A DNA stretch of 64,000 nucleotides from Synechococcus sp. (GCA_047285305.1 JBJBDL010000003.1:352001-416000); one strand, 5' to 3'; numbered from the stretch's first letter, positions 33,314-44,727 are shown. The notes: generated by a model from the letters alone, not told the origin. Translations and numbers: made by a program.

Positions 33314-35209
33314 ATGAGTTCGGCCTACCAGCCGCTGCATCACAAATACCGGCCCCAGCGCTTTGATCAGCTGGTAGGGCAGGAGGCGATCGCCGCCACC
33401 CTGGGCCACGCCCTCACCAGCAATCGGATTGCACCGGCCTATCTGTTCAGTGGCCCGCGCGGCACCGGCAAAACCTCCAGCGCCCGCATCCTGGCCCGCT
33501 CGCTCAATTGCCTGAACAGCGAGGGGCCCACCCCAGAACCCTGCGGCACCTGCGAGCTCTGCACCACGATCGCCGCAGGCACCGCCCTCGATGTGATCGA
33601 GATCGATGCAGCCTCCAACACCGGCGTCGACAACATCCGCGAGCTGATCGAACGCTCCCGCTTCGCCCCGGTGCAGGCCCGCTGGAAGGTGTACGTGGTG
33701 GACGAGTGCCACATGCTCTCCACCGCAGCGTTCAACGCCCTGCTGAAAACCCTGGAGGAGCCACCGCCGCAGGTGGTGTTCGTGCTCGCCACCACCGACC
33801 CGCAACGGGTGCTGCCGACGATCCTGAGCCGTTGTCAACGCTTTGATTTCAGGCGCATTCCTCTGGATGCCCTCAACAAACATCTGAGCTGGATCGCCGA
33901 ACAGGAAGCGATCGAAATCAAGCCTGAGGCCATTCATGTGGTGGCCCAGCGTTCCCAGGGAGGCCTGCGGGATGCGGAAAGCCTGCTGGATCAGCTGAGC
34001 CTGCTGCCGCCGCCGATCGAAGCCGCTGCGGTGTGGGATCTGCTGGGGGCCGTGCCCGAACAGGAGCTTTTGGAACTGGTGGGGGCCATGAGCAGCGCCG
34101 AACCTGTGCAACTGCTGGAGGCCACCCGCAACCTGCTGGACCGGGGCCGGGATCCCGGGGCCGTGCTGCAGGGTCTGGCCGGGATGCTGCGGGATCTGGT
34201 GTTGATGGCGGCCGCTCCAGACCGACTGGAACTCACCAGCGTTTCGCCCCAGTTCCGCGAGCAGCTGCCCGCCCTCGCCAAGGCCATCGGCCGGGCCCGC
34301 TTGCTGCAATGGCAGGCCCAACTGCGCGGCACCGAGCAACAACTGCGCCAAAGCGTGCAGCCGCGCCTGTGGCTGGAAGTGCTGCTTTTGGGATTGCTGG
34401 CGGAACCGGTGGCAGCTCAGAGCGCAGCCGCAGCTCCAGCCCCAAGACAACCAGCAACAACGCAGCCGGCAGCAGCAAGTCCACCGACAACGCCAGTCGC
34501 CCCTCCTGCTCCCACGGCTTCCGCCGCAGCACCTGCAGCAGCCTCAGTCCCAGCAATCGAGGCCCCCAGCCCAAAACCAGCCCCCGCCCCAGCTCCATCG
34601 CCGGAACTGCCGACGGTCTCCACCCCTGCACCGGCAGCCAGCACCAACCTGCCCGAGCTATGGCAACAGATCCTTGGCAGCCTCGAACTGCCTTCCACTC
34701 GGATGCTGCTGTCGCAGCAGGCCCAACTGGTGCGCCTGGATGCCAACCGCGCCGTTGTTCAAGTGGCAGGCAACTGGATGGGGATGGTGCAGAGCCGGTC
34801 ATCCCTGCTGGAACAGGCCGTGGCCAAAGCGCTTGGAGGCTCGAGGCAGCTGGTGCTGGAGGCCAGCAACAGCACCATGCCACCTCCGCTGGCAACAGCC
34901 CCGGTCACAACTCCATCGATCACTCCACCACCAAGCGCGCCAACACCAGTCGCAACAACACCGGCGCCAACGCCAACACCCACGGCTGCACCGATCCCGG
35001 CTCCCCCAGCAACACCAGCACCAGCACCAGCACCGGCCGTTACACCAGAACTGCCGCGCACCCAACCAGAGCCGATCGAGCCGAAACCAACTCCACCCAC
35101 AGCCGAATCCAGCCCTCAACCAGGCCCGCCGTCAGGCCTGGATCGTCAGGCCCGCAACCTGGCGGACTTCTTCAATGGTCAGGTGCTCGACGTTGATGAG
35201 ATCAATTGA
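33314..35209 (+). CDS. dnaX: DNA polymerase III subunit gamma/tau
   Basis: KYRPQRF, GPRGTGKT, IEIDAASN, DECHML; Pro/Ala/Thr-rich linkers. Confidence 0.97.
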   Translation: MSSAYQPLHHKYRPQRFDQLVGQEAIAATLGHALTSNRIAPAYLFSGPRGTGKTSSARILARSLNCLNSEGPTPEPCGTCELCTTIAAGTALDVIEIDAASNTGVDNIRELIERSRFAPVQARWKVYVVDECHMLSTAAFNALLKTLEEPPPQVVFVLATTDPQRVLPTILSRCQRFDFRRIPLDALNKHLSWIAEQEAIEIKPEAIHVVAQRSQGGLRDAESLLDQLSLLPPPIEAAAVWDLLGAVPEQELLELVGAMSSAEPVQLLEATRNLLDRGRDPGAVLQGLAGMLRDLVLMAAAPDRLELTSVSPQFREQLPALAKAIGRARLLQWQAQLRGTEQQLRQSVQPRLWLEVLLLGLLAEPVAAQSAAAAPAPRQPATTQPAAASPPTTPVAPPAPTASAAAPAAASVPAIEAPSPKPAPAPAPSPELPTVSTPAPAASTNLPELWQQILGSLELPSTRMLLSQQAQLVRLDANRAVVQVAGNWMGMVQSRSSLLEQAVAKALGGSRQLVLEASNSTMPPPLATAPVTTPSITPPPSAPTPVATTPAPTPTPTAAPIPAPPATPAPAPAPAVTPELPRTQPEPIEPKPTPPTAESSPQPGPPSGLDRQARNLADFFNGQVLDVDEIN

Positions 35210-35237
35210 TGCGATCAGTTGATGGATTCCGCTGACG

Positions 35238-36485
35238 TCAGAACGAACCAAAGGGAGTGGCGGCAGGGTCGTACCCAATCACCTCCTGTTCACGCAGCGT
35301 GACGTAGCGAATGGCTTGGCGCCCCGCCCAGGAATAAGCCACATGCAGCTCACCGGGCTGCCCCTCGATCAGGGTTGGGTAGGCCAGTTGCCCATTGAGG
35401 TCCCAATTCATCGGCCCACAGAAGCCGAAACCGGTATCGATGTCGCGAATCCACGGCCAATTCAGGCCGTCGTCATCGCTAATGGCGATCGACAACGGCC
35501 ATCGGGTTCGGGGCCAACGGGCCTCCCCCCACTCCAGCGGCTCCCCCGACGCGGCCGGATCCGGCGCAAAGCCAAAGCGGTTGAAAATCATCGCCAATCG
35601 CCCACTCGCCAAACGACAGGCCTGGATAGAGCTGTTGTTGTTGGGCAGCTGAGTGGGCTCCGGAGCTGACCAGGTGTGGCCGTCATCTGAACTCACACTT
35701 CGGTAGATCTGATCCGCGAGGCGACTGCGAAAGAACTGGATCAATTGCTCGCCATCACGCGACGCAACGACGGAGCCATGCACCCTGCCAGTGCTGTCTG
35801 GAATGCCCAACGGCTTGTCCAGACACTGACCAGACGGATCCAAACGCACCATCTCGCTGTGGTCATGACCAAAGGCCCCGCCCGCTTCCAGGCTGCGGTA
35901 GATCGGCAACAACCACTGGCCGTTCTCCAGGGGATAGGGGGGATTTCGGCAGAAGGCGGGATCGTCAAACAGGTCAACGGGAGTCGACCATGCCTCGGCC
36001 GACCAGGTCTCAGATTCGGAAGGATCGAGGCCGTCCAGCGCCAGCCACTGATGCCGGAGCACAGCTGTCCACTGCATGGAAAAGCTGCTGGATGCGTCGA
36101 CAGCAGCGCGATCCTCTGGATCGCGAACCAATTGGGCCGAATGAATCAGGTGCAAACAACCGTCAGAGACGAACAGCAAGGGGTTCTGCTCCGACCGCTC
36201 CTGATCTCTGGAAATCCGCTGCGGTTCCGACCAACGTCCGCCATCGGCTCCCAATAGAGACAGAAACACCGACATCCCAGCGGTGCCCTCTCCGCTGCCT
36301 GCCATCCAGACACAGCCCAACAGATCGGGCCGGATCCAACACAACTGGGGCGCATGGTTTTGCTCCCCCATCGGCTCCAGCAACGCCCAAGCCCCCAGCT
36401 CAAAGGGGGTGACAAGAACCTGGCCCCAAGCCAAATCCTCAAAGCGATCTTCCGCCTGGGCAAACGATGAAAAAGGGAGAACCAT
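35238..36485 (-). CDS. Sialidase-like BNR/Asp-box beta-propeller protein
   Basis: Asp boxes SSDDGHTW and SDDDGLNW; NHAP, SEQNP, LPNNNSSI, LAYP motifs. Confidence 0.75.
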   Translation of the reverse strand: MVLPFSSFAQAEDRFEDLAWGQVLVTPFELGAWALLEPMGEQNHAPQLCWIRPDLLGCVWMAGSGEGTAGMSVFLSLLGADGGRWSEPQRISRDQERSEQNPLLFVSDGCLHLIHSAQLVRDPEDRAAVDASSSFSMQWTAVLRHQWLALDGLDPSESETWSAEAWSTPVDLFDDPAFCRNPPYPLENGQWLLPIYRSLEAGGAFGHDHSEMVRLDPSGQCLDKPLGIPDSTGRVHGSVVASRDGEQLIQFFRSRLADQIYRSVSSDDGHTWSAPEPTQLPNNNSSIQACRLASGRLAMIFNRFGFAPDPAASGEPLEWGEARWPRTRWPLSIAISDDDGLNWPWIRDIDTGFGFCGPMNWDLNGQLAYPTLIEGQPGELHVAYSWAGRQAIRYVTLREQEVIGYDPAATPFGSF

Positions 36486-37804
36486 CAGACCTGGACGGGC
36501 TGGTCCTGACCATGGCTGGTTTTGGCCCAGACCAGGCGTTTGGGGAGCAGTGACATCCGCAATGTCACCCAGGGAATCACCACAAACCAGTGGCCCAGGT
36601 AGGCAATTGCGACAAGGAGATTGGACAAGCTCGCTGAGGGAATCGCCGGCCCTTCACTGCCATCGCGGCATCCGCGCCAATAGGCCAGACCCGACACGCT
36701 GAACGCCACCAAAGACAAGGGCCAGTAGACCGGCACGCTTCGGGTGATCAGAGCCGTGCCCAGATCCGCGAAGGACACCACCGGCAAGGCGTACTGGAGC
36801 AGAAAAAAGGCCGTCAGATCCCAGCGCTGGCGAAAACTCAACTGCGCTGAGGTGAGCACTGGCCAGTAATCGAAGAAGCGTTGCAAGCCACCTTCCGCCC
36901 AGCGCTGCCGTTGTTTCCACAAGGCCTGAAGACCGGGTACCGCCTCTTCCTGGACCGGAGGGTCCCACAACAATCCAACCAAAGCTCCGTGGGTCAGAAG
37001 ACGAAAGCTGAGGTCCAGGTCATCGGTGACGGTGTCTTCATTAAAACCACCACTGGACTCGAGCACGGAGCGTTTGATCAGCTGTCCGTTCCCCCGCAAT
37101 TCGGCCACGCCTGCATTGGCCAGGCGGCCTGACTGGATCACCGCATCCAGAGCCATTTCCATCGCCTGGGATCGCGTCAACCAATTGCGATCGGCATCAA
37201 TCACGGCCTTGCGCAGCTGCACCGCCGACCAACCACCATCCAGGGCGTAGGGGACAAGACGCTCGAGCAGGTCGTCCTGCAATTGGGCATCCGCGTCAAG
37301 CACCAGCAGCCAGTCACCCTTGAGACGGCTCAAGGCTGTGTTGAGCGCACCCGACTTGCCACCACCGGCATTGCGCTGGCGGTGGATCACATTGAGTCCC
37401 GGGTGCCGGGTGGCCAGATCGTCCAGCAACGCAGGCGTCCGATCAAGACTGCCGTCGTCGATCACCCAAGTGGTGAGTTGGCCGGACGGATAACGAAGAG
37501 ATGTGAGCCGTTCCACCAAACGCGGCACTACCGCCTCTTCATCGCGGGCCGCCACCACCACATCAAGGCTGGGAAGTTTGGCCGGATCGATCGCTGGTAC
37601 GGACTCCGATGACCCACGCGTCAGCTGCCCACGCATGACGGAACGGAGGCCATAGCCTCCAAGCATCAACGCAAGGCTGATGGCGGGCCAGAGAGAACGG
37701 GCGGGGTCGAGCCAGTGGGGAGCGGCACCAGCACATCCACAGGCGAACAGGAACGCTGCCGATTTCACCCGACGGTGATCACCCGATGTGGCGTTCGAGC
37801 TCAT
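36485..37804 (-). CDS. GT2 processive glycosyltransferase (monoglucosyldiacylglycerol synthase MgdA-like)
   Basis: DDGS, GGKSGALN, LDADA, TDDLDL, QRQRW motifs with TM helices. Confidence 0.8.
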   Translation of the reverse strand: MSSNATSGDHRRVKSAAFLFACGCAGAAPHWLDPARSLWPAISLALMLGGYGLRSVMRGQLTRGSSESVPAIDPAKLPSLDVVVAARDEEAVVPRLVERLTSLRYPSGQLTTWVIDDGSLDRTPALLDDLATRHPGLNVIHRQRNAGGGKSGALNTALSRLKGDWLLVLDADAQLQDDLLERLVPYALDGGWSAVQLRKAVIDADRNWLTRSQAMEMALDAVIQSGRLANAGVAELRGNGQLIKRSVLESSGGFNEDTVTDDLDLSFRLLTHGALVGLLWDPPVQEEAVPGLQALWKQRQRWAEGGLQRFFDYWPVLTSAQLSFRQRWDLTAFFLLQYALPVVSFADLGTALITRSVPVYWPLSLVAFSVSGLAYWRGCRDGSEGPAIPSASLSNLLVAIAYLGHWFVVIPWVTLRMSLLPKRLVWAKTSHGQDQPVQV

Positions 37805-37828
37805 CCAGCTGCCCAGGTGGGAAGGACT

Positions 37829-39388
37829 TTAAGGGGACTGCACCAGTGTTGAGAGTGGGCCGTAGACAGTCCCTGGGTAGTAATGGCTCAGGATCCGCTC
37901 CACGGGCCAGCCACGCCAGGCCAAATCAATGGCTCCAGCCTGCGACAAACCGGCCCCATGGCCAAAGCCACCACCCACCACCAACCAGCGTTCGCCCCCC
38001 TGAGGCTCCAAGACGAACAGGGTGCTGGGCAGGGTGCGAAGGGTGCGACGAATGGCATCCAACTTGAGGGTGACCGGAGCGGCGTCGCTGCTGCCTGAGA
38101 TCTGCAAGGCCAGCACCCGGCCGCTGGCACCCCGCTCCAGCACCTTCAATTGCAAAGGCGAAACCAGCGCGTCTGCGGCGGCTCCGAGGGCCTGACGCAA
38201 GGTCAGACCCGAAAGGATTCGGGTCCAGCGGAAGCGGGGGTGGCGCTGGCCAAAGGCCCCACTTCGATCCGCCAGCAACGCTTCCACCACCTTGCGCTGC
38301 TGCAGGGGCAAGGGATGACGGTTGCTCCAGCCCTCATCCCCATCCGGCTTCGCACGCAAGTAAATGGTGGGCTGCATGGCCCAGGCTTCCGGCCCGGCAG
38401 CCATCACCCCGCCATTGGTGGCGTGATACACCGCGCTGATTGGCCGGTTGTTCAGGCTGAGCAACTTGCCCTGGGTGGCCGCAATCGCCTCACGCACAGT
38501 GGCTCCCGCATGGCGGGGATCGCTGTAAACCTGACACTGGGTGTCGCTGCAGAGGTGATAGCCATCAATGCTGAAGCGATGGCTGTTGGCCAGAGCCCAG
38601 GTGCGCGCCAGAACGGTCTGGGCCTGCAACGCCGCCATCGGTGAACCCGCACCGATCTCGTGGGGCACCACCCCCTCGAGGTAGCGCTCCAAGGGCACCT
38701 GCTCCACCAACGTCCAGCTGCCGTAGGCATCCCGTTGCAAGCGGAAGGGCCCGTCAAAACGTCCACCAGCCCAGAGCAACCCATCCGAGGCCTCAATCAG
38801 AAGAGGTCCCTGCAGGGGGCGTCCCCCCGCCGACGTCTGCAACACCGGTTCGACGCTGCTGGTGACGGTGCCTTGCCAATCACGCACCGCCAGACCGTCG
38901 GGGACAGGCGAACCCTCCGGCGCCCACACCTCCCACTCCTTGGGATGGGCCACCTCGGCCGCAACCCCCAAAGCACGCCAACGGGAGGCGACACGATCCG
39001 CAGACTCAAAGCTGGCGTAGGGACCTGCAATCCGGCGGGCCAACTTGAGCGGACGGGCCTTGGCAACACTGCGCCAGGTGATCAGGAACCCTGAATCAAT
39101 GCCTTGCTCCCCGGTGGCGTCGCGAAGGCTGAGCGAGCCAGCAAAGGCCCGCAGATTCAAAGGAGCTGCTGTTTCCGCAGCACCGAGATGATCCGCCAAG
39201 GCCACCCAGAGCACCGGTTCATGACCTTCAACCCGCGGTGGGTCAGCGACGGAACGGTGCGTCGCCCGCTGAACCGGTTCCAGCAGAGTGGGCTCAGTCA
39301 AAGTGGGTTGAAGAGAATCAGCCTGCTCACGGGCGCGGCAGCCCAGTCCCATGCAGAGCAGCAATGTGAGCGTCAGGAGCCGAATCAT
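37829..39388 (-). CDS. SpoIID/LytB domain protein (lipoprotein)
   Basis: [42 protein letters not shown]. Confidence 0.9.
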   Translation of the reverse strand: MIRLLTLTLLLCMGLGCRAREQADSLQPTLTEPTLLEPVQRATHRSVADPPRVEGHEPVLWVALADHLGAAETAAPLNLRAFAGSLSLRDATGEQGIDSGFLITWRSVAKARPLKLARRIAGPYASFESADRVASRWRALGVAAEVAHPKEWEVWAPEGSPVPDGLAVRDWQGTVTSSVEPVLQTSAGGRPLQGPLLIEASDGLLWAGGRFDGPFRLQRDAYGSWTLVEQVPLERYLEGVVPHEIGAGSPMAALQAQTVLARTWALANSHRFSIDGYHLCSDTQCQVYSDPRHAGATVREAIAATQGKLLSLNNRPISAVYHATNGGVMAAGPEAWAMQPTIYLRAKPDGDEGWSNRHPLPLQQRKVVEALLADRSGAFGQRHPRFRWTRILSGLTLRQALGAAADALVSPLQLKVLERGASGRVLALQISGSSDAAPVTLKLDAIRRTLRTLPSTLFVLEPQGGERWLVVGGGFGHGAGLSQAGAIDLAWRGWPVERILSHYYPGTVYGPLSTLVQSP

Positions 39389-39445
39389 TCAGCGGGGGGC
39401 ACGTCGGGACGTATTGTTGTCGTTTGTGTCCGAACGAGCAGACCA

Positions 39446-39643
39446 ATGCCCAAGCTGAAGACCCGCAAAGCTGCCGCGAAGCGGTTCAAAGCAACCGGCA
39501 CTGGCAAATTTCTGCGTCGTCGCGCTTTCCGGAACCACCTGCTGGACCACAAAACCCCCAAGCAGAAGCGTCATCTGGCCACCAAGGCCGTGGTGGACCG
39601 CACCGATGAAGAGCGCGTGACCCTGATGATGCCCTACGCCTGA
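39446..39643 (+). CDS. rpmI: 50S ribosomal protein L35
   Basis: [21 protein letters not shown]. Confidence 0.99.
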   Translation: MPKLKTRKAAAKRFKATGTGKFLRRRAFRNHLLDHKTPKQKRHLATKAVVDRTDEERVTLMMPYA

Positions 39644-39699
39644 GCACAGCTGCTCAGACGAGACCGTTCAACAAGACCTGATCCAACCCTTCCAACCTC

Positions 39700-40047
39700 A
39701 TGGCCCGCGTCAAGAGAGGCAACGTCGCCCGTAAACGCCGCAACAAAATCCTGCGGCTGGCCCGTGGCTTCCGTGGTGGCAACGGAACCCTCTTCCGTAC
39801 AGCAAACCAGCGGGTGATGAAAGCCCTCTGCAATGCCTACCGCGATCGTCGTCGGCGCAAGCGCGATTTCCGTCGCCTCTGGATTGCCCGCATCAACGCC
39901 GCAGCCCGCCTGAATGGTGTGAGCTATAGCCGTCTGATGGGCGGTCTCAAGAAGGCCGATGTGCGCCTTAACCGCAAGATGCTGGCTCAGCTGGCGGTCG
40001 TTGACCCCGGCAGCTTCACCAACGTCGTGGCTGCAGCCAAGAGCTGA
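39700..40047 (+). CDS. rplT: 50S ribosomal protein L20
   Basis: [14 protein letters not shown]...WIARINAA. Confidence 0.99.
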   Translation: MARVKRGNVARKRRNKILRLARGFRGGNGTLFRTANQRVMKALCNAYRDRRRRKRDFRRLWIARINAAARLNGVSYSRLMGGLKKADVRLNRKMLAQLAVVDPGSFTNVVAAAKS

Positions 40048-40058
40048 ATTTCCCAACC

Positions 40059-40577
40059 GTGAATCTGCTGCCCCAGACCTACCTGCTGGGCCTGGTCGGC
40101 CTGCTTGCCATCGTTGCGGTGGTGGTGGGCCGACAGTTTTTGCGTGTGCGTCGCGATGAAGCACGCTTGATTGAGCTCGAAAAATCCGACACGGTCTCGT
40201 CACGACAGGCATCTGACCTCTACGAGCTCGGATCCGTTCAACTACGGAAGAGGCTGTATCCACAAGCAGCTGCCACCTTGAAGCAGGCCCTGAAACGCCT
40301 GAGTGGTGAGCCGGATGAAGCCCGTGCGCTGATCGAAAATGCGCTTGGCTTTGCTCTGGCCGCACAAAAGGATTACTCCGGTGCCACCAAGCACTACAAA
40401 CTCGCCCTGAAGGCGAAAGCTGACTACCCCGTCGCCCTCAACAACCTGGCTTTCGCCCAGGAAAAGCTGCTGAAGGATGCTGAAGCGATTTCCCTCTACG
40501 AGAAGACGCTTCAACTCGAACCCGACAACGCCACCGCAAAGAAAGGGCTGAAGAAACTCAAGCGCCGCAACAGCTGA
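40059..40577 (+). CDS. ycf37: TPR protein, photosystem I assembly factor Ycf37-like
   Basis: N-terminal TM helix plus TPR repeats (YPVALNNLAFA); position after rplT. Confidence 0.75.
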   Translation: MNLLPQTYLLGLVGLLAIVAVVVGRQFLRVRRDEARLIELEKSDTVSSRQASDLYELGSVQLRKRLYPQAAATLKQALKRLSGEPDEARALIENALGFALAAQKDYSGATKHYKLALKAKADYPVALNNLAFAQEKLLKDAEAISLYEKTLQLEPDNATAKKGLKKLKRRNS

Positions 40578-40615
40578 GGGCTTTCGAATCTGCTGGATTT
40601 CCCACAAAGCTGGGC

Positions 40616-41161
40616 TTACCAGAGAGGCTGAACCGGAGGTTGCTCCTGGCAGCTGGGGGCCATCGCCAGGCGTCCACCCACTCCAGTACTGGGGTCGGCC
40701 ACGTTGATCAATCGAGGCGCCTGCCAGCTTGTGGGACTGAACATTTGCAGGCCGAGGAAGACGCCGCCAGGCTCAATCCCCGCGATCAGAGGATCCGCCA
40801 AGGGGATGAGATCCAGCTGATCCGACTTGGCATGGACATTGCCTTGAACCGGTGTGGTGACGGAACCAAGGGTCATCGTGCCCCGGAGATCCACCATCTG
40901 GCCCATCGCCGTCATCTGGGTGATGTCCAACGTGACATCGACGATGGGATTGCCATCAAAAGGCTCAAATGTGCCGCACCATTGACGGGGCAGCGATTCC
41001 GCCAGCTCTGCAGCGCGTGCGACAGGATCGAAGCTCTCAACCTCGAGTTCATTGAGCTCCAGGGGGACCGCTAACTGAATCGGATCCAGAGGCAACTGAG
41101 GATTGGTCTGGAACGACATCTGGCTGCCAGCCGGGAGATCCATGGCAAGCAGGAACGGCAT
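40616..41161 (-). CDS. Conserved hypothetical protein
   Basis: Only the C-terminal part (from MPFLLAM) of ORF 40616-41953 lies outside thiG; it has protein-like composition. Confidence 0.7.
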   Translation of the reverse strand: MPFLLAMDLPAGSQMSFQTNPQLPLDPIQLAVPLELNELEVESFDPVARAAELAESLPRQWCGTFEPFDGNPIVDVTLDITQMTAMGQMVDLRGTMTLGSVTTPVQGNVHAKSDQLDLIPLADPLIAGIEPGGVFLGLQMFSPTSWQAPRLINVADPSTGVGGRLAMAPSCQEQPPVQPLW

Positions 41162-41212
41162 GGAAGACGATGGATGATGAAGGAACGGTAGGCCCTTTTG
41201 CTCAGACGCGTC

Positions 41213-42031
41213 ATGGATTCGCCCTCCCCCAGCTCCGACCCCCTGACCATTGGCGGGCTTCAGTTCAACAGTCGTCTGTTCACGGGCACCGGCAAATATC
41301 CATCCATGACATCGATGCAGCAGAGCATCGAGCGATCCGGCTGCGACATGGTCACGGTGGCTGTGCGTAGGGTGCAGACCGTGGCGGCAGGCCATGAGGG
41401 CCTGATGGAAGCAATTGATTGGCAGCGGATCTGGATGCTGCCCAACACCGCGGGCTGCACCAATGCGGAGGAAGCGGTGCGTGTCGCCAGGCTTGGACGG
41501 GAGCTCGCCAAGCTGGCGGGACAGGAGGACAACACCTTCGTGAAGCTGGAGGTGATTCCTGACTCCCGGCATCTTCTGCCCGATCCGATCGGCACCCTGA
41601 ACGCCGCCGAAAGCCTGGTGAAAGAAGGGTTCACGGTGCTGCCCTACATCAATGCAGATCCCCTGCTGGCCAAACGGCTGGAGGAGGTGGGATGCGCCAC
41701 GGTGATGCCTTTGGGCTCTCCAATCGGCTCGGGCCAAGGGCTTAACAATGCCGCCAACATCGGTTTGATCATCGAAAACGCCGGGGTGCCGGTGGTGGTG
41801 GACGCCGGTATTGGTGTTCCAAGCGAAGCGGCACAGGCCCTCGAAATGGGCGCCGATGCCGTGCTGGTCAACAGCGCAATCGCCCTGGCGGGCGACCCCG
41901 CCGCCATGGCCGAGGCCATGGGCCAGGCGGTGATGGCCGGGCGGACCGCCCACCTCTCCAGGCGCTTGCCGCGGAGGGATCAGGCCTCTGCCAGTTCACC
42001 TACCACGGGCCTGGTTCAGTCACCCCGATGA
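41213..42031 (+). CDS. thiG: Thiazole synthase
   Basis: [37 protein letters not shown]. Confidence 0.97.
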   Translation: MDSPSPSSDPLTIGGLQFNSRLFTGTGKYPSMTSMQQSIERSGCDMVTVAVRRVQTVAAGHEGLMEAIDWQRIWMLPNTAGCTNAEEAVRVARLGRELAKLAGQEDNTFVKLEVIPDSRHLLPDPIGTLNAAESLVKEGFTVLPYINADPLLAKRLEEVGCATVMPLGSPIGSGQGLNNAANIGLIIENAGVPVVVDAGIGVPSEAAQALEMGADAVLVNSAIALAGDPAAMAEAMGQAVMAGRTAHLSRRLPRRDQASASSPTTGLVQSPR

Positions 42032-42123
42032 AGTGAAGAGACGTGAAGTGAGGTGAAGCCTGCTTCACAAAGGCAGGCAATGAGCATTTGGACTCATAAG
42101 GTCCGACCAGTCGCATTGGACCC

Positions 42124-42297
42124 ATGTCGGTCACCACGGAAGACGGCGGTCGTCTCAACGCCTTCGCCAAGGAGCCACGCATGGAGGTGATGGACGTCGC
42201 AACCAGTCAGAGCCGCAACCGCAGCTCAATGATGATGCTGGTCAGCGGTGGATTGATCGTGGCCGCGATGGTGGCGGTGACCGTCGCCATCAGCTGA
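42124..42297 (+). CDS. psb34: Psb34/Ssl1498-like small PSII assembly membrane protein
   Basis: Manual translation MSVTTEDGGRLNAFAKEPRMEVM...C-terminal TM (57 aa, below ORF-track cutoff). Confidence 0.8.
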   Translation: MSVTTEDGGRLNAFAKEPRMEVMDVATSQSRNRSSMMMLVSGGLIVAAMVAVTVAIS

Positions 42298-42371
42298 GAC
42301 GGTTCACACTGAAAATCCCTGTAGTAGCTTGCCAAGACTGAGCATCACGCTCGTTCCAGCAGGAGTTTGGG

Positions 42372-43568
42372 GTGAAAGTTCTCGTTCTCGGCGGTGACGG
42401 CTTCTGCGGCTGGCCCTGTGCGGTGAACCTGGCGGATCAGGGCCACGACGTTCTGATCGTGGACAACCTCAGCCGTCGCAAGATCGACATCGACCTTGAA
42501 GTTGAGTCGCTGACGCCGATCGTGAGCATCGGTGAGCGCCTCAAAGCCTGGGAGGAAACCGGCGGCAAGCCGATGAGGTTTGTCCACATGGACATCGCCC
42601 ATGAGTACCAGCGGTTGCTGGATCTGCTTCGGGACGAGCGCCCGGATTCCGTGGTCCACTTCGCTGAACAGCGGGCTGCCCCCTATTCGATGAAGAGCAG
42701 CGCCACCAAGCGCTACACCGTGGATAACAACGTCAACGGTACCCACAACCTGCTGGCAGCCATCGTTGAAAGCGGTCAAGACATCCACGTGGTGCATCTG
42801 GGCACCATGGGCGTCTACGGCTATGGCTCCCACCGCGGCGCCACCATCCCCGAGGGATACCTCAAGGTGGAAGTGCCCCAGCCCGACGGCAGCCGCTTCG
42901 AAGAGGAAATCCTCCACCCGGCAAGCCCCGGCAGCGTCTATCACATGACGAAGACGCTCGACCAGCTGCTCTTCCTCTACTACAACAAAAACGACAAGGT
43001 CCGCATCACCGACCTGCACCAGGGCATCGTCTGGGGAACCAACACCGATGCAACCGACCGTGACCCGCGGCTCACCAATCGCTTCGATTACGACGGCGAT
43101 TACGGAACGGTGCTGAACCGCTTCCTGATGCAAGCCGCGATCGGCTACCCGCTCACCGTTCATGGAACCGGGGGCCAGACCCGCGCCTTCATTCACATCC
43201 GCGATTCCGTGCGATGCGTTCAGCTGGCGCTGGAAAACCCTCCGGAACAAGGGGAGCGGGTGAAGATCTTCAACCAGATGACCGAAAGCCATCAGGTGGG
43301 TGAACTGGCCAAGAAAGTAGGCGCCCTCACCGGAGCTCAGGTCAACAACCTGCCCAACCCCCGCAACGAGGCCGTTGAAAACGACCTGATCGTGGACAAC
43401 CGCTGCTTCATCGAGCTGGGCCTCAACCCCACCACCCTCGATGACGGCCTGCTGAAGGAGGTGGTGGAGATCGCCACCCGCTACGCCGACCGTTGCGACC
43501 GCAACCGCATCCTCTGCACCTCCGCCTGGACCAAAACCCAGGCCCAGGCAATCGGCACCGCATCCTGA
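42372..43568 (+). CDS. sqdB: UDP-sulfoquinovose synthase
   Basis: GGDGFCGWP, HFAEQRAAPYSM, LGTMGVYG, YHMTK. Confidence 0.96.
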   Translation: MKVLVLGGDGFCGWPCAVNLADQGHDVLIVDNLSRRKIDIDLEVESLTPIVSIGERLKAWEETGGKPMRFVHMDIAHEYQRLLDLLRDERPDSVVHFAEQRAAPYSMKSSATKRYTVDNNVNGTHNLLAAIVESGQDIHVVHLGTMGVYGYGSHRGATIPEGYLKVEVPQPDGSRFEEEILHPASPGSVYHMTKTLDQLLFLYYNKNDKVRITDLHQGIVWGTNTDATDRDPRLTNRFDYDGDYGTVLNRFLMQAAIGYPLTVHGTGGQTRAFIHIRDSVRCVQLALENPPEQGERVKIFNQMTESHQVGELAKKVGALTGAQVNNLPNPRNEAVENDLIVDNRCFIELGLNPTTLDDGLLKEVVEIATRYADRCDRNRILCTSAWTKTQAQAIGTAS

Positions 43569-43581
43569 TTGAGCTTCATCC

Positions 43582-44727
43582 TTGAAAGTCGCCTTCTTCA
43601 CCGAAACCTTCCTGCCGAAGGTCGATGGCATCGTCACCCGTCTGACCAAGACGGTGAAGCATCTGGTGGACGCCGGCGATGAGGTGGTGGTCTTCTGCCC
43701 GGAAGGCTGTCCGGAGGAGTACAGGGGGGCACGCCTGATAGGCGTGCCGGCGATGCCGCTGCCGCTCTATCCCGAGCTCAAACTGGCCTTACCTCGCCCG
43801 GCGGTGTCCGACGCGATCGATGCGTTTCAACCCGATCTGATCCACGTTGTGAACCCGGCGGTGCTGGGTCTTGGCGGCATCTGGCTCGCGAAAAACAAAG
43901 GCATCCCTCTGGTCGCGAGTTATCACACCCACCTGCCCAAGTACCTCGAGCACTACGGCTTAGGAATGCTGGAGCCACTCCTGTGGGAGATGCTCAAGGC
44001 CGCCCACAACCAGGCCCTGCTGAATCTGTGCACTTCCACCGCCATGGTGAAGGAACTCAGCGACAAAGGCATTCAGCACACTGATCTGTGGCAGCGAGGT
44101 GTGGACACGGAGTTGTTCCGTCCCGAGCTGCGCAGCGCGGAGTTGCGCCAGCGGCTTCTAGGAGGCCATGACGACCGTGGTGCGCTGCTGCTCTACGTCG
44201 GCCGCCTCTCCGCGGAGAAGCAGATCGAACGGATCCGCCCCGTGCTGGAGGCCCTTCCCGATGCACGGCTGGCCCTGGTTGGCGATGGTCCCCACCGCCA
44301 ACAACTGGAGAAGCACTTCGAGGGAACCGCCACCACCTTCGTCGGCTATCTCGCCGGGGAAGACCTGGCAGGGGCCTACGCCAGCGGCGATGCCTTTCTC
44401 TTCCCCTCCAGCACGGAGACGCTGGGGCTGGTGCTGCTGGAAGCCATGGCGGCCGGCTGTCCCGTGGTCGGCGCCAACCGTGGCGGCATCCCCGACATCA
44501 TCACCGACGGGATTAACGGCTGCCTCTATGAACCCGACGGCGCCGATGGTGGCGCTGCAAGCCTGATCGAAGCCACACGCCGCCTGCTGGGCAACGACTT
44601 GGAACGCCAGGCCCTGCGCAGCGCTGCTCGCGCCGAAGCCGAGCGCTGGGGCTGGGCAGGCGCCACCGAACAACTGCGGACCTACTACCGCACGGTGCTG
44701 TCAGCGCCTCAACTCACGGCTGCCTAG
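43582..44727 (+). CDS. sqdX: Sulfoquinovosyltransferase (GT4)
   Basis: FTETFLPKVDGIV, ETLGLVLLEAMA; immediately downstream of sqdB. Confidence 0.92.
   Translation: MKVAFFTETFLPKVDGIVTRLTKTVKHLVDAGDEVVVFCPEGCPEEYRGARLIGVPAMPLPLYPELKLALPRPAVSDAIDAFQPDLIHVVNPAVLGLGGIWLAKNKGIPLVASYHTHLPKYLEHYGLGMLEPLLWEMLKAAHNQALLNLCTSTAMVKELSDKGIQHTDLWQRGVDTELFRPELRSAELRQRLLGGHDDRGALLLYVGRLSAEKQIERIRPVLEALPDARLALVGDGPHRQQLEKHFEGTATTFVGYLAGEDLAGAYASGDAFLFPSSTETLGLVLLEAMAAGCPVVGANRGGIPDIITDGINGCLYEPDGADGGAASLIEATRRLLGNDLERQALRSAARAEAERWGWAGATEQLRTYYRTVLSAPQLTAA

Noticed and set aside
34400..35130. CCA/GCA-rich repetitive sequence in dnaX
   Set aside because: It encodes the ordinary Pro/Ala/Thr linkers of tau; I saw no frameshift signal.
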